A stretch of DNA of 64,000 nt from contig JAZRCM010000011.1 in the NCBI GenBank assembly GCA_045659785.1, positions 4,902-68,901 of the forward strand. Direction: 5' to 3'. Below the pieces are notes generated by a model. It searched no databases. It was not told the DNA's origin and was given only the letters and a program-made list of their open reading frames with translations. The DNA is from Alphaproteobacteria bacterium. Lineage in GTDB: Bacteria; Pseudomonadota; Alphaproteobacteria; RF32; CAG-239. Numbering within the stretch: position 1 is the stretch's first letter; each line of letters opens with the position of its first letter. Position numbers and translations under genes: made by a program. Below, one piece after another: positions 29,173-38,827 of the stretch.

Positions 29173-29202
29173 AAAGGCGTCTCTGATGAGACGCCTTTTT
29201 TC
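29173..29202. terminator. Bidirectional terminator (aaaggcgtctctgatgagacgcctttttt)
   Basis: 10 bp stem between convergent genes. Confidence 0.5.
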
Positions 29203-29205
29203 AGA

Positions 29206-29673
29206 TTATGCAACCGCCTTTACAGGTTCAGGTTGCTCCTCCGGTTTTATGTAAGGAATAAGTTTTATACCTAATCCAAGTCGAAGTGATAATGAGTACC
29301 ATACCGCAACAACAAGTATTGTAAGGCATTTTCGCTTAATTTGCATTAAGCTTTCCTTATCCTTCAAATCCTCGCAAATTGCTACACCGGCAACAAATAT
29401 TGCGAATACGAGGATGCAGAATAATGCTTCGACTTCTTCAAACGGAGTCTGAATTGTCGGTTCACCAAATTTTATGGTAAATGCTTCTGCAGCCTGTGGC
29501 GATAACATTAGCGGTGTATCGTAATTTTGCGAATTATGACCTAAGATGATCATTATCACTGCAAAAACGATACCAGCTATAATCGCCGGTTTTTTAGTTT
29601 TTTTGCCGGTCAGGCAGTAAGATAAAATTACTGCCCCGACCAAAGCAGAGATAACAATCATCATCATGGTCAT
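29206..29673 (-). CDS. Small integral membrane protein (4 TM), hypothetical
   Basis: 155 aa. Translationally coupled to the upstream OMP gene. Higher G+C than the surroundings. Confidence 0.4.
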   Translation of the reverse strand: MTMMMIVISALVGAVILSYCLTGKKTKKPAIIAGIVFAVIMIILGHNSQNYDTPLMLSPQAAEAFTIKFGEPTIQTPFEEVEALFCILVFAIFVAGVAICEDLKDKESLMQIKRKCLTILVVAVWYSLSLRLGLGIKLIPYIKPEEQPEPVKAVA

Positions 29674-29679
29674 AAAAAA

Positions 29680-30600
29680 TTAAAACATAAAACTACCACC
29701 TGCACCGATATAAGGAGAGAGTACATTGCTGTACTTCAAACCGGCCTCGGCAAAAAGAGTGGCCTTACCCTTAGTAAGTCCGGTCACAAGGTGAATACCC
29801 TGAGCTGCACGCTTAGCCCAAGCAGAAGCAGAAACAGATAACATTCCATCACCAACCGCAATATTATTGCGAGCATAAGACAGAATAACGTTACTGTTTT
29901 CAGTTCCGAGCTTGTTGCCGGTTACGGTAATATGGTTATTACCGGCGACAACCTTGGCAGCAGCAAAACCGGAAACAGACTGACCGAAGTCAGCACCACC
30001 GGTAAGACGCAACCAGTTACATATAGGTACCTCTGTATAAGCGTACCAGTTACCGTCATTGAAACGGTAGAAGCTGCTACCTCCCTGATGACCGAAACCG
30101 AAAGTAAAATACTTGTGATTCAAAGCTAACTGCATAGCATTTGATACACCTGCGCCTTCACCCATAATAGTACAGTAGTTACTGAACTGTGGGTCAATCA
30201 TAGGAGTAACTATGGTTGAGCGCTTGAAATTACCCATTCGGTACTCAAGGTTAAGGTTGTCAAAGTTATAGCCCGCCTTGGCATAAAGTACCGGAGTACA
30301 AATACCAAACTCGGTTGAGAGACCACCCACCATATTTCCGCCTAAATAGAAACGGTCATAGTAGCGAGTGTGAGAACCTATAAGAATCAGCTGGAAAAGC
30401 TGCTGGTCAGTAGTAGCATTTACTGAAACAGAACCGCCGAGAGATGTCTCGGTTTTGCTCTTCTCGTTCAGCTCTTTAAGGTTCAAACCACCGTCACCGG
30501 CAGTAAACACGTTGTTATCTCCACCCTTTGGGGCAATAACAACAATAACAACTAAGATAGCAATCGTAACGATTGCGTAAAAGAAGTTTTTCTTGTTCAT
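29680..30600 (-). CDS. Outer-membrane beta-barrel protein, hypothetical
   Basis: N-terminal hydrophobic anchor/signal. Alternating strands. C-terminal ...GAGGSFMF aromatic terminus. Visibly higher G+C. Confidence 0.5.
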   Translation of the reverse strand: MNKKNFFYAIVTIAILVVIVVIAPKGGDNNVFTAGDGGLNLKELNEKSKTETSLGGSVSVNATTDQQLFQLILIGSHTRYYDRFYLGGNMVGGLSTEFGICTPVLYAKAGYNFDNLNLEYRMGNFKRSTIVTPMIDPQFSNYCTIMGEGAGVSNAMQLALNHKYFTFGFGHQGGSSFYRFNDGNWYAYTEVPICNWLRLTGGADFGQSVSGFAAAKVVAGNNHITVTGNKLGTENSNVILSYARNNIAVGDGMLSVSASAWAKRAAQGIHLVTGLTKGKATLFAEAGLKYSNVLSPYIGAGGSFMF

Positions 30601-30737
30601 ATATGTAATAAAATTAAAAATTATCTAAATAAGGTTTTACAGTTTCAGTCTATCTCATTTTGTCTAATATGTCAATATAGTTATGTGCTTGACATTTGTT
30701 TGCTGATATATATCTAATATTATATACGGAGAATAAA

Positions 30738-31619
30738 ATGGAACATTGTCATCATCACCATCATGAAATCAGTCATAAGACGGTAAAATATCTGTTGTTA
30801 TCGTTTATTATCAATATTGTTTTGAGCATTGTTGAAATTATCGGAGGAGTTATTTCGGGAAGTATGGCTCTAATCGGTGATGCTTTACATAATACATCAG
30901 ATGCTTTTTCCATATTAATAGCGGTTATTGCTTTCAAAATAGGGCATAAAAAAGCTGATAATAAATATACTTTCGGTTTTAAACGAGCAGAAATAATCGG
31001 TGGTTATACCAATCTTATTTTGTTGTTTGTTGCCGGAGTTTATTTGGCGGTTGAGGGAATTGAAAGACTGATAAATCCTCAAACAATAAATGGTAGTATC
31101 ATTATTTGGGTTTCAGTTGTTGCTTTGATAATTGATGGTATAACCGCAAAGCTTTCTCATCACGGAGCCGGACATAATACTAATATGCGTATGGTATTTT
31201 TGCACAATTTGGCCGATGCTTTGGGTTCGGTTGGAGTTATAATATCCGGATTGTTTGTGCTTTATTTTGATATATATTGGGTAGACGGTGTTGTTGCCTT
31301 AATTATTGCAGCATATATGATTTATCAATCAATTTTGACCTTTCCGAAAGTTGTAAATATTTTGATGAATGCCGTTCCTGATAATATTGATATAGAAGAA
31401 GTTAAGGAACAGATATTAAGTATCACCGGTGTTTGTGATGTTCATCATTTGCATATATGGAGTGTTAACGAGCATGATATATCACTTGAGTGTCACATTG
31501 TAACACAGGAAAAAGATATTATTCATAAAGTAACGGACATGTTGAAAGAAAAGTTTTCCATTGAGCATTGCAATATTCAAATTGAACACAATCCTTGTTG
31601 TAAAAAATGTGAATTGTAA
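30738..31619 (+). CDS. Cation diffusion facilitator (CzcD/ZitB-like) with a His-rich N-terminus (MEHCHHHHHE)
   Basis: 6 TM helices. HNTSDAF and HHLHIWS CDF motifs. Start at the ATG with an acggag RBS. Confidence 0.8.
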   Translation: MEHCHHHHHEISHKTVKYLLLSFIINIVLSIVEIIGGVISGSMALIGDALHNTSDAFSILIAVIAFKIGHKKADNKYTFGFKRAEIIGGYTNLILLFVAGVYLAVEGIERLINPQTINGSIIIWVSVVALIIDGITAKLSHHGAGHNTNMRMVFLHNLADALGSVGVIISGLFVLYFDIYWVDGVVALIIAAYMIYQSILTFPKVVNILMNAVPDNIDIEEVKEQILSITGVCDVHHLHIWSVNEHDISLECHIVTQEKDIIHKVTDMLKEKFSIEHCNIQIEHNPCCKKCEL

Positions 31620-31620
31620 A

Positions 31621-31655
31621 AAAGGTCTTATGTTTTTTAACATAAGACCTTTTGA
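31621..31655. terminator. Bidirectional terminator (aaaaggtcttatgttttttaacataagacctttt)
   Basis: 12 bp stem between convergent genes. Confidence 0.5.
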
Positions 31656-31669
31656 ATTTAATCATCTGC

Positions 31670-32842
31670 TTAAAGATTAGAGAGTTCATACTCCAGATTC
31701 TTGCGAGCCTGTTCTTCAAAATTATTGTAAAAGAACGAAGTGTGGAAAATTTGATTGCTTTCGGCAAATCTTTCGAGAACCTTTCTCCTTTCGGGAATAT
31801 AAATCTCGTCAGGATATACGGCATATTCTTTACGAATAGCGGTATTGTAGTTTTTCCATACACGTCTTTCAAATGTTCCGAGAACACTCAAGTCAAGGTC
31901 AGCAATCAACGCGTAGTCGTTGTTCAATCTGTCTCCGCTGTGAGAGGTTGCCATAACCAAACCTCGAGCCAGTTCAACAGATATTGTATCAACAAGGTCG
32001 TTGCGCATGTCGAAGATAACGCCGGCAGAAGCCATTTCGTTAGAATACGGTAACGGCATGCGACCATTGTCATTGACTTCCATCCTTGCAATCGACGAGT
32101 TGTCGCCATGGTCGGTATTATACACATAATCATGCATAAAAATTGCTAATACAAGCTCTTTATGGTTACTAAAGTCTGCACAATGAGAATTTTGTGACAG
32201 ATAAATTTGTAACATATTGAGCATATAAGCAATATGCGATAAGTTATGGTACTGACGACCACGATAAGCCTTTAGCAAATCTTTCCAATGATAAAGTGCA
32301 TCGACTTCGGTTTTGAACAATGTTAACCACAATTCGCGAAGATACAACTCACACATAGCCTCGTGAACATTTGCCGGTACACAGCGAGCTGCAGCAATGT
32401 ATTGGCGAAGTTCAAACAGATTTTTTACGGCTGTTGATGATATATTGGCAGAAAATACATCATTTGAGTTATAGAACTTTGTTTCAAGTTTAAACCCTCG
32501 TATTTTTGCCAGATATTGATTCATAACAGCTAACTTGTTTTCGTTTTCTAAGTCATTTGTGCCGGGACGAACACCTCGGATAAGGACGTTAGCATCGTAA
32601 GCCATTGCAACATCAACAGTCAAACCGCTTTCGGCGATTATCATAATGTTTTGACGCTCCGGCCAATCTTTGATAGCTTCCTTAATCAGCTCAACGCGTT
32701 TCTCAACGGAAAATAACGGTGTCTTTTCACTGTTTTTACCGACATTAACGATAACTGTTTTAAACGATTTTGCGGCTCTCTTGATTATATCAAGGTGAGC
32801 TACGGTAATAGGATCAAATGATCCGCTAAAAATTGCTCTCAT
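31670..32842 (-). CDS. coaD: Phosphopantetheine adenylyltransferase (CoaD) fused to a C-terminal HD-type phosphohydrolase-like domain
   Basis: The N-terminal ~160 aa (AIFSGSFDPITVAHLDII ... VLIRGVR) align with CoaD. About 230 extra C-terminal residues carry YHNLSH ... FMHDYVY ... DLDLS, an H..H/HD/D metal-binding pattern. Confidence 0.7.
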   Translation of the reverse strand: MRAIFSGSFDPITVAHLDIIKRAAKSFKTVIVNVGKNSEKTPLFSVEKRVELIKEAIKDWPERQNIMIIAESGLTVDVAMAYDANVLIRGVRPGTNDLENENKLAVMNQYLAKIRGFKLETKFYNSNDVFSANISSTAVKNLFELRQYIAAARCVPANVHEAMCELYLRELWLTLFKTEVDALYHWKDLLKAYRGRQYHNLSHIAYMLNMLQIYLSQNSHCADFSNHKELVLAIFMHDYVYNTDHGDNSSIARMEVNDNGRMPLPYSNEMASAGVIFDMRNDLVDTISVELARGLVMATSHSGDRLNNDYALIADLDLSVLGTFERRVWKNYNTAIRKEYAVYPDEIYIPERRKVLERFAESNQIFHTSFFYNNFEEQARKNLEYELSNL

Positions 32843-32945
32843 AGAAAATAATATTTTAGAGTGTTAATAATTTTCGAAACTTGTTTATTTTTAACACAAA
32901 TAAAATTTTTTGTCTATAAAAAACAACTTTAATGTCAGACAAAAC

Positions 32946-34616
32946 TTAAAACAAACCGGTGATTTTGCCGTTTTCATCAACATCAATTTTTTCTGCTGCC
33001 GGGTGGGCGGGAAGACCGGGCATGGTCATAATGTTACCTGCCAATACCACAACAAATCCGGCTCCTGCAGAAAGACGAACGTCTTTTACTTCAAATAAGT
33101 GACCTTGCGGAGCGCCAATGAGTTTACTGTCTGCAGAAATAGAATTTTGAGTTTTAGCTATACAAACCGGTAAGTTTGAATAGCCGTTTAGTTCAAATTC
33201 TGCCAGCTTTTTAGTTGCTGTTTCGCTATACTCAATTTTTCCGGCACGATAAATTTCTTTTGCAACGGTTTCTATTTTTTGTTTCAGCGTTTTATTTAAA
33301 TCATATATCGGAGCATAATTGTTAGGAGTATTTGTAATTTCAACAACTTTTTGAGCCAGCTCTTTCGCCCCTTCGCCTCCATGTTCCCATGATGATACCA
33401 TAATTGCTTCAACACCGTTTTGATGACATAATTCTTCTACGGCTTTAATTTCATCTGCGCTGTCGGTTATAAAGCGGTTGATTGCAACAACGATAGGTAA
33501 GCCATATTTTTGCATATTTTCAATATGAGTTTTCAGATTGGCAAAACCTTCTTTTACGGCCAAAACATTTTCTTCTTTAAGATTGTCTTTAGCAACTCCG
33601 CCGTGCATCTTTAGAGCTCTGATTGTAGCGACAATAACTGCGGCATCAGGTTTTAAGTTTGCAATTCGGCATTTTATATCCAAGAACTTTTCTGCACCTA
33701 AATCTGCTCCGAAGCCGGCTTCGGTAACAACATAATCAGCAAGTTTTAGAGCGGTTTTTGTAGCAATAATACTGTTACATCCATGAGCAATATTAGCAAA
33801 AGGTCCGCCATGAACAAGGGCGGGTGTTTTTTCTAATGTTTGAACAATATTCGGTTTTATGGCATCTTTTAACAATGCGGTCATTGCACCATGAGCATTA
33901 ATTTCTCCGGCTGTAACATAACGTCCGTCAAAGGTTTTACCGATGACAATTCTTTTTATGCGATTTTTCAAATCATCCAAATTTTCGGCCAAGCAAAAAA
34001 TAGCCATGATTTCGCTGGCAACACTAATATCAAAATGGTCTCCTCGAGGTGTGCCGTTTACTGATGAACCGAGAGCAATTTGTATCTCTCTTAATGCCCT
34101 ATCATTTAGGTCAAGACAGCGGTTCCAACGAATTTCATCGGGGTTTAATCCCAAGGTATTACCTTGTTTTATGTGATTATCAATCATTGCGGCAAGCAAA
34201 TTGTTCGCAGCCGTAATGGCATGAATATCTCCGGTAAAATGAAGATTTATTTCTTCCATCGGCACAATTTGAGCATATCCTCCGCCTGTTGCTCCGCCTT
34301 TTAAGCCGAAGCAAGGCCCCATAGACGGTTCACGCAGAGCTAAAATCGATTTTTTGCCGATTTTTTGTAATCCGTCAGCTAATCCTATGGATATGGTAGA
34401 TTTTCCCTCGCCGGCGGGGGTAGGGGTGAGGGCAGTTACTAAAATAAGTTTGCCGGAGGATTTTTTAGAGGCAAGTCTGTTTATGGTATCAAAAGATAGT
34501 TTTGCTTTATATTTTCCGTAAAGTTCCAAATCATCTTGATTAAGTCCTATTTTTTCAGCGATTTTTGTAATCGGTTCAAGATTGTTTTGTTGTGAAATTT
34601 CTATGTCAGAGAGCAT
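32946..34616 (-). CDS. fhs: Formate--tetrahydrofolate ligase
   Basis: 556 aa. PTPAGEGKST P-loop and the conserved FTHFS core throughout. Confidence 0.9.
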   Translation of the reverse strand: MLSDIEISQQNNLEPITKIAEKIGLNQDDLELYGKYKAKLSFDTINRLASKKSSGKLILVTALTPTPAGEGKSTISIGLADGLQKIGKKSILALREPSMGPCFGLKGGATGGGYAQIVPMEEINLHFTGDIHAITAANNLLAAMIDNHIKQGNTLGLNPDEIRWNRCLDLNDRALREIQIALGSSVNGTPRGDHFDISVASEIMAIFCLAENLDDLKNRIKRIVIGKTFDGRYVTAGEINAHGAMTALLKDAIKPNIVQTLEKTPALVHGGPFANIAHGCNSIIATKTALKLADYVVTEAGFGADLGAEKFLDIKCRIANLKPDAAVIVATIRALKMHGGVAKDNLKEENVLAVKEGFANLKTHIENMQKYGLPIVVAINRFITDSADEIKAVEELCHQNGVEAIMVSSWEHGGEGAKELAQKVVEITNTPNNYAPIYDLNKTLKQKIETVAKEIYRAGKIEYSETATKKLAEFELNGYSNLPVCIAKTQNSISADSKLIGAPQGHLFEVKDVRLSAGAGFVVVLAGNIMTMPGLPAHPAAEKIDVDENGKITGLF

Positions 34617-34703
34617 ACCAAATCCTCCGTAATTTGTTTAATTACGTTCATTATTGATAAATTTTGTTAAATTGCAACATCAAAACCTAAGTTTTGCAAG
34701 CTT

Positions 34704-35963
34704 TTAAGCGTTTTGTCTTTTCATTTGTGCGATTTTACCGGCAAGCCCATCGCTAATCTTTCTTGCGGTATTTGATTGCGGTTGATTTTGTGTAGCCTGT
34801 TCGGGAGAAGAAGCATTATTTTCTCGATGTTCAGATATACGCTCACGCCCTTCAGTAGATTTTACTTCACGTATCATAGCTCTTAATTCGGTATCATATC
34901 CTAAATATTGAGCAGTATCTTTAGCTCCACTTTGTTTTATACATGTACGTATCACTTCGTTTTTGCGTAAATCAATATCATGTATTCTTGTTTTAGAACA
35001 CATTTCATGAAATTCAGCTAACTGCTCATGAGTAAAGTCGGGTTCACGTGTGATTTCAAAAGTCATACGAAGTAAGTCTGCATCAGATTTTCCTTGTAAC
35101 AATTCGGGATTTTTTGCGTATTGTTCAAGTTGCTTGTATGTATTAGGCATTAGATATGTCATTGAGCCTTTTTTGATTTCTCTATCGAAATTATAATCAG
35201 AATTTCCACTTTGTGCTTTTTGAAAAGTTTCAATAGTATATTTAGATTTTGAACGGGCAAAATTATATACTTCCCACATTGTTTCTGCGTGTTCAGGATG
35301 TTCTTTCATCACTCGCAATAAAGCAAAAGTATCGCATTTTCTCTCGTCATCTGTTCCTAAAGCAGCATGCACGGCTTCATGATATAAACCTCGTTTTAGG
35401 GTCATCTCCTTAAAAACTTCGGGAGGAATTGCATCTACTTTGTCCATAATATCTTTTGGGAGACCTTTTGCGCTTTTCGGGAGTTTTTCAGAACTGTCCG
35501 GAAGGCAGATTATTTGTGCATTTCCAATGTGGCGACTTATGTAGTTAGTGTTAGATTTAGCTCCATTATATATTGTATCGGCATAAAATGCTTCAAGACT
35601 AACAGGTTTTCCGTTATTATAGAACAAAGTGTTTCCCATGCTTTCCGGAGAGATTTCTACTCCATTTTGTTTCAATAAATCTACAACCTTTTGGGCCCTA
35701 AGTTTTGTTTGCTCTGTTTCCGGAAGTGTTGAAATTATTTCACTATGTGTTTCAAATTCGTGAGCATTTGCTAATATTATGTTATCACATACAGGATTAT
35801 CGGCATCTCGTTGCATTGTTCCCGCATTATATAATGGGTCTTCAATAGTTTGGGGCAAGGTATCTTTGCAAGACAAATATGTTTGCCGCAATTGGCGAGC
35901 AAAGTCTTGGTGTTTGGCAATGAAATCATCATATACTTGACTTAAATCATCTTGCATATACAT
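34704..35963 (-). CDS. Hypothetical protein with a zincin-like HExxH motif (LYHEAVHAALG)
   Basis: 419 aa. No signal peptide. Single HEAVH motif. Low-complexity Q/N/S-rich C-terminus. Confidence 0.45.
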   Translation of the reverse strand: MYMQDDLSQVYDDFIAKHQDFARQLRQTYLSCKDTLPQTIEDPLYNAGTMQRDADNPVCDNIILANAHEFETHSEIISTLPETEQTKLRAQKVVDLLKQNGVEISPESMGNTLFYNNGKPVSLEAFYADTIYNGAKSNTNYISRHIGNAQIICLPDSSEKLPKSAKGLPKDIMDKVDAIPPEVFKEMTLKRGLYHEAVHAALGTDDERKCDTFALLRVMKEHPEHAETMWEVYNFARSKSKYTIETFQKAQSGNSDYNFDREIKKGSMTYLMPNTYKQLEQYAKNPELLQGKSDADLLRMTFEITREPDFTHEQLAEFHEMCSKTRIHDIDLRKNEVIRTCIKQSGAKDTAQYLGYDTELRAMIREVKSTEGRERISEHRENNASSPEQATQNQPQSNTARKISDGLAGKIAQMKRQNA

Positions 35964-36011
35964 TCTCCTTGCCCCTTATTATAAAATAATTTTTGTCTAA
36001 AGTCAAAAGTA

Positions 36012-37152
36012 TTATTGGTCTATTTTTCGGCTTAAGAAAATCAAATATACGATACCGCAAAGCATTACGGCAATATTTCCCATTTGACTTTGAACCATAT
36101 CGGAAACAAAGCCCATAATCAGCGGAAATACGGTTCCGCCGAAAACGCCCATGACCATCAAACCGGAAACTTCGTTTTTCTTGGTAGGCATAATTTGCAT
36201 TGCCTGTGCAAAAACAATCGGAAAAATATTGGCGTTTCCGTATCCGATGAAAGCGATACAAGTATAAAGAGCTGTTTTGCTGTCGAATAAAAATAGTCCG
36301 AACATTGCGCAGAACATCATAACTACGCTTATGCTGAAAAATTTTCGAGTTGACATTTTAGTCAACAGATATGAACCGGACAGAGAGCCTATGGTTCTGA
36401 ACAGAAAATATATACTTGTTGCAATTCCTGCCGTTTCAAGAGGAATTGCAAGCTTTTGCATCATTATTTTAGGGATGGATACGTTGCTTCCGACATCGAT
36501 ACCTACATGGCATATAATTCCTAAAAAGCACAACAAAATCGGAAGTTTTCCGAGAAGAGAAAAACATTCCTTAAAACTTGCCGGTTGCCCGATTTCGTCT
36601 TCTTCAATTTGTTCTCGTGAGAGCATAAAAATTGCCACTAAAGAGATAATCAGAAAAAACGGAAATAAAATTTGCCATGTTCCGAAATGTATCATACTCC
36701 AACCGGCTAAAATAGGAGCAACAAAAGAAGCACATGCCTTAACAAACTGTCCGAAAGTCAAAGCACTTGAAAGCCTTTCTTTGCTGACAATATTGGATAA
36801 TAGCGGGTTTAGAGATACTTGCATTATGGTGTTTCCGATACCCAATAATGAAAATGACAGCAAAATAATGAAAAGATTATATCCCAAAAAAGGAATCGCC
36901 AAGGCGACAACCGTAATCCATAAACTTAAAATTACGGTTTTTCGGCGTCCGATTTTGTTCATTAATATTCCGGTAGGAACCGAAAAAATTAAAAACCAAA
37001 AAAATACCATGGATGTAAATAAGTTTGCGATGGTATCCGAAAGCTGAAAGTCTAATTTTACATAGTTGGTTGCAATGCCCACAAAGTCAACAGCGCCCAT
37101 TGCAAAAAAAAGTTACCATAATCGGTAACAGTCTTAAAATGGTATTACTCAT
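36012..37152 (-). pseudogene. MFS transporter interrupted by a +1 frameshift in an A8 (T8 on the coding strand) homopolymer at 37104-37111
   Basis: The downstream ORF (36012-37100) encodes TM2-12. An upstream ATG at 37152 with an aggag RBS encodes MSNTILRLLPIMVTFF. Removing one T reads ...FFAMGAVDFVG (a typical MFS TM1) in frame. Confidence 0.6.
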
Positions 37153-37231
37153 AATCCGTCTCCTACATAAATTGGCATTATGATTTACAGATAGCTATTT
37201 TTTAGCAAAATCCAAGTTGTCGGAATATTTT

Positions 37232-38206
37232 TTAGTGTCTGTGATAGGGGAATTTTATCGGCATTTTAACATTACGACTTTTTTCGCCGCCGTCGATAGC
37301 TTGTAAAATATCTTGACAGTCATCGTAAAAAGGTGTGTCGGTGTATTTTTCTAAAGCATTTTTGATGCAGTCAAATTTGAAATTGTCGCTGTTTGCCGTT
37401 GCTTTATATACTTTATTAATTGCATATTTGCGACAAATTTCTTTGCCTTTGGAATCTGTTGTTCCGGTCAGTTCTTTTACTTTGCGATTCATTTTTATGC
37501 GGTGGTTTTGATATTGTTTTGTTATATCAATATGTTTGATGCTGTGTTCGCGCACCAGTCTCTCATAAAGAAGATTGATGTAGGTGGAACGATATGACAA
37601 TTTTTTGAGTAAGTCGTCATTTTTATATTCGAAAGCCCATTTATTTAGGCTATGTATTTCTTTGCCGATTTTTTCATTTTGAGTTTTTCTCATCATATCG
37701 GGCATAAGCTGATACATTTTTTGCAATTTCGGATTATGACTTTCACAATTTGCGAAAGTTTGGCTGAGGTGTTCAATATCTTGAGTGCTAAAATCGGTAG
37801 TTTTAATCTTTTCTAATATAAAATCTTGGTATCTTTTTATGAAACTGTCCGGAATACGGGAAGAAAAGTCACTGTTAACTTTATCTATAATTTGAACTAT
37901 TCGGGATAGGGCATTAATATCCGGTCGGCGAGATGATGCGGTTATCTCATCAAAAAGCTCTTGTTCTTGAGTTGATGATTTTCTCCATAAAAGCATATTT
38001 ATAGGATAAAAACTCACATAATCGTCTTTAGGCGACAACTTGGCAAATACGGTTACGAGCTTGTCGAATCCTTTGTTGTCAATTTTTTGACCGGACAGAA
38101 CATAGTTCTCCATGGTATGATATGCTTCGGCATAGTCATACACATTGTCAACATTGACAAACAAATCTTCAAACTCTTTAACCGCATTTGCCTTGTTGTC
38201 GGTCAT
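37232..38206 (-). CDS. Hypothetical protein
   Basis: 324 aa. No signal peptide, no recognisable motifs. Lys/Asp-rich. Confidence 0.45.
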   Translation of the reverse strand: MTDNKANAVKEFEDLFVNVDNVYDYAEAYHTMENYVLSGQKIDNKGFDKLVTVFAKLSPKDDYVSFYPINMLLWRKSSTQEQELFDEITASSRRPDINALSRIVQIIDKVNSDFSSRIPDSFIKRYQDFILEKIKTTDFSTQDIEHLSQTFANCESHNPKLQKMYQLMPDMMRKTQNEKIGKEIHSLNKWAFEYKNDDLLKKLSYRSTYINLLYERLVREHSIKHIDITKQYQNHRIKMNRKVKELTGTTDSKGKEICRKYAINKVYKATANSDNFKFDCIKNALEKYTDTPFYDDCQDILQAIDGGEKSRNVKMPIKFPYHRH

Positions 38207-38210
38207 TTTT

Positions 38211-38684
38211 TTAGTATCCGTTATAAGGGATTACACGAGCTCTTGAAGAACCGTCTCCATAAAGAACCATACAACGTTGACCGTTGGCTAACAATACATC
38301 GTTGCCTTGAGTTACGGTAATAATTCCGCCATTGTCGAGTTGAACAACATATTCATATCCGCCTTGGCTTGAAAGGCTGCCTTGAGCCAAGTTTCCGGCT
38401 GCACCGCCCAATAAAGCTCCTGCTGTTCCGCCGATTAAGGCTGCAGTATTGCCTTTGCCTACTTGAGAGCCTGCAATACCGCCGGCAATTGCTCCGAGTG
38501 CTGTACCACCGGACTTGTTGCTGTCACGAACAGTGATGCTGCGAACAGAAATTACGGTTCCTTTCAATGCTTTGGTGATAGAGCCTACTGAAGCAGAATC
38601 GTATTGGTTGGCACCGATATCGGCAGCACAGGCACTCATCAACATCAAAGCGGGAATGGCAAGAATTAATGCTATTTTTTTCAT
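38211..38684 (-). CDS. Glycine-zipper outer-membrane lipoprotein (SlyB/Pcp / 17-kDa-antigen-like)
   Basis: Lipobox LMLMSACA. GAIAGGIAGSQVGKGNTAALIGGTAGALLGGAAG glycine zipper. Confidence 0.7.
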   Translation of the reverse strand: MKKIALILAIPALMLMSACAADIGANQYDSASVGSITKALKGTVISVRSITVRDSNKSGGTALGAIAGGIAGSQVGKGNTAALIGGTAGALLGGAAGNLAQGSLSSQGGYEYVVQLDNGGIITVTQGNDVLLANGQRCMVLYGDGSSRARVIPYNGY

Positions 38685-38827
38685 TTTTTGCTCCTTATTT
38701 AAAATATTGTTAAAAACATATTAGCAATAGTTCACTTTTTGTCAATGCTGTACTAGACAATTAAAAATAACTGTTATAATATCGCAAACGGTAAAAATAT
38801 TTTTTAAATAAATAGGAAAAGGCTAAA

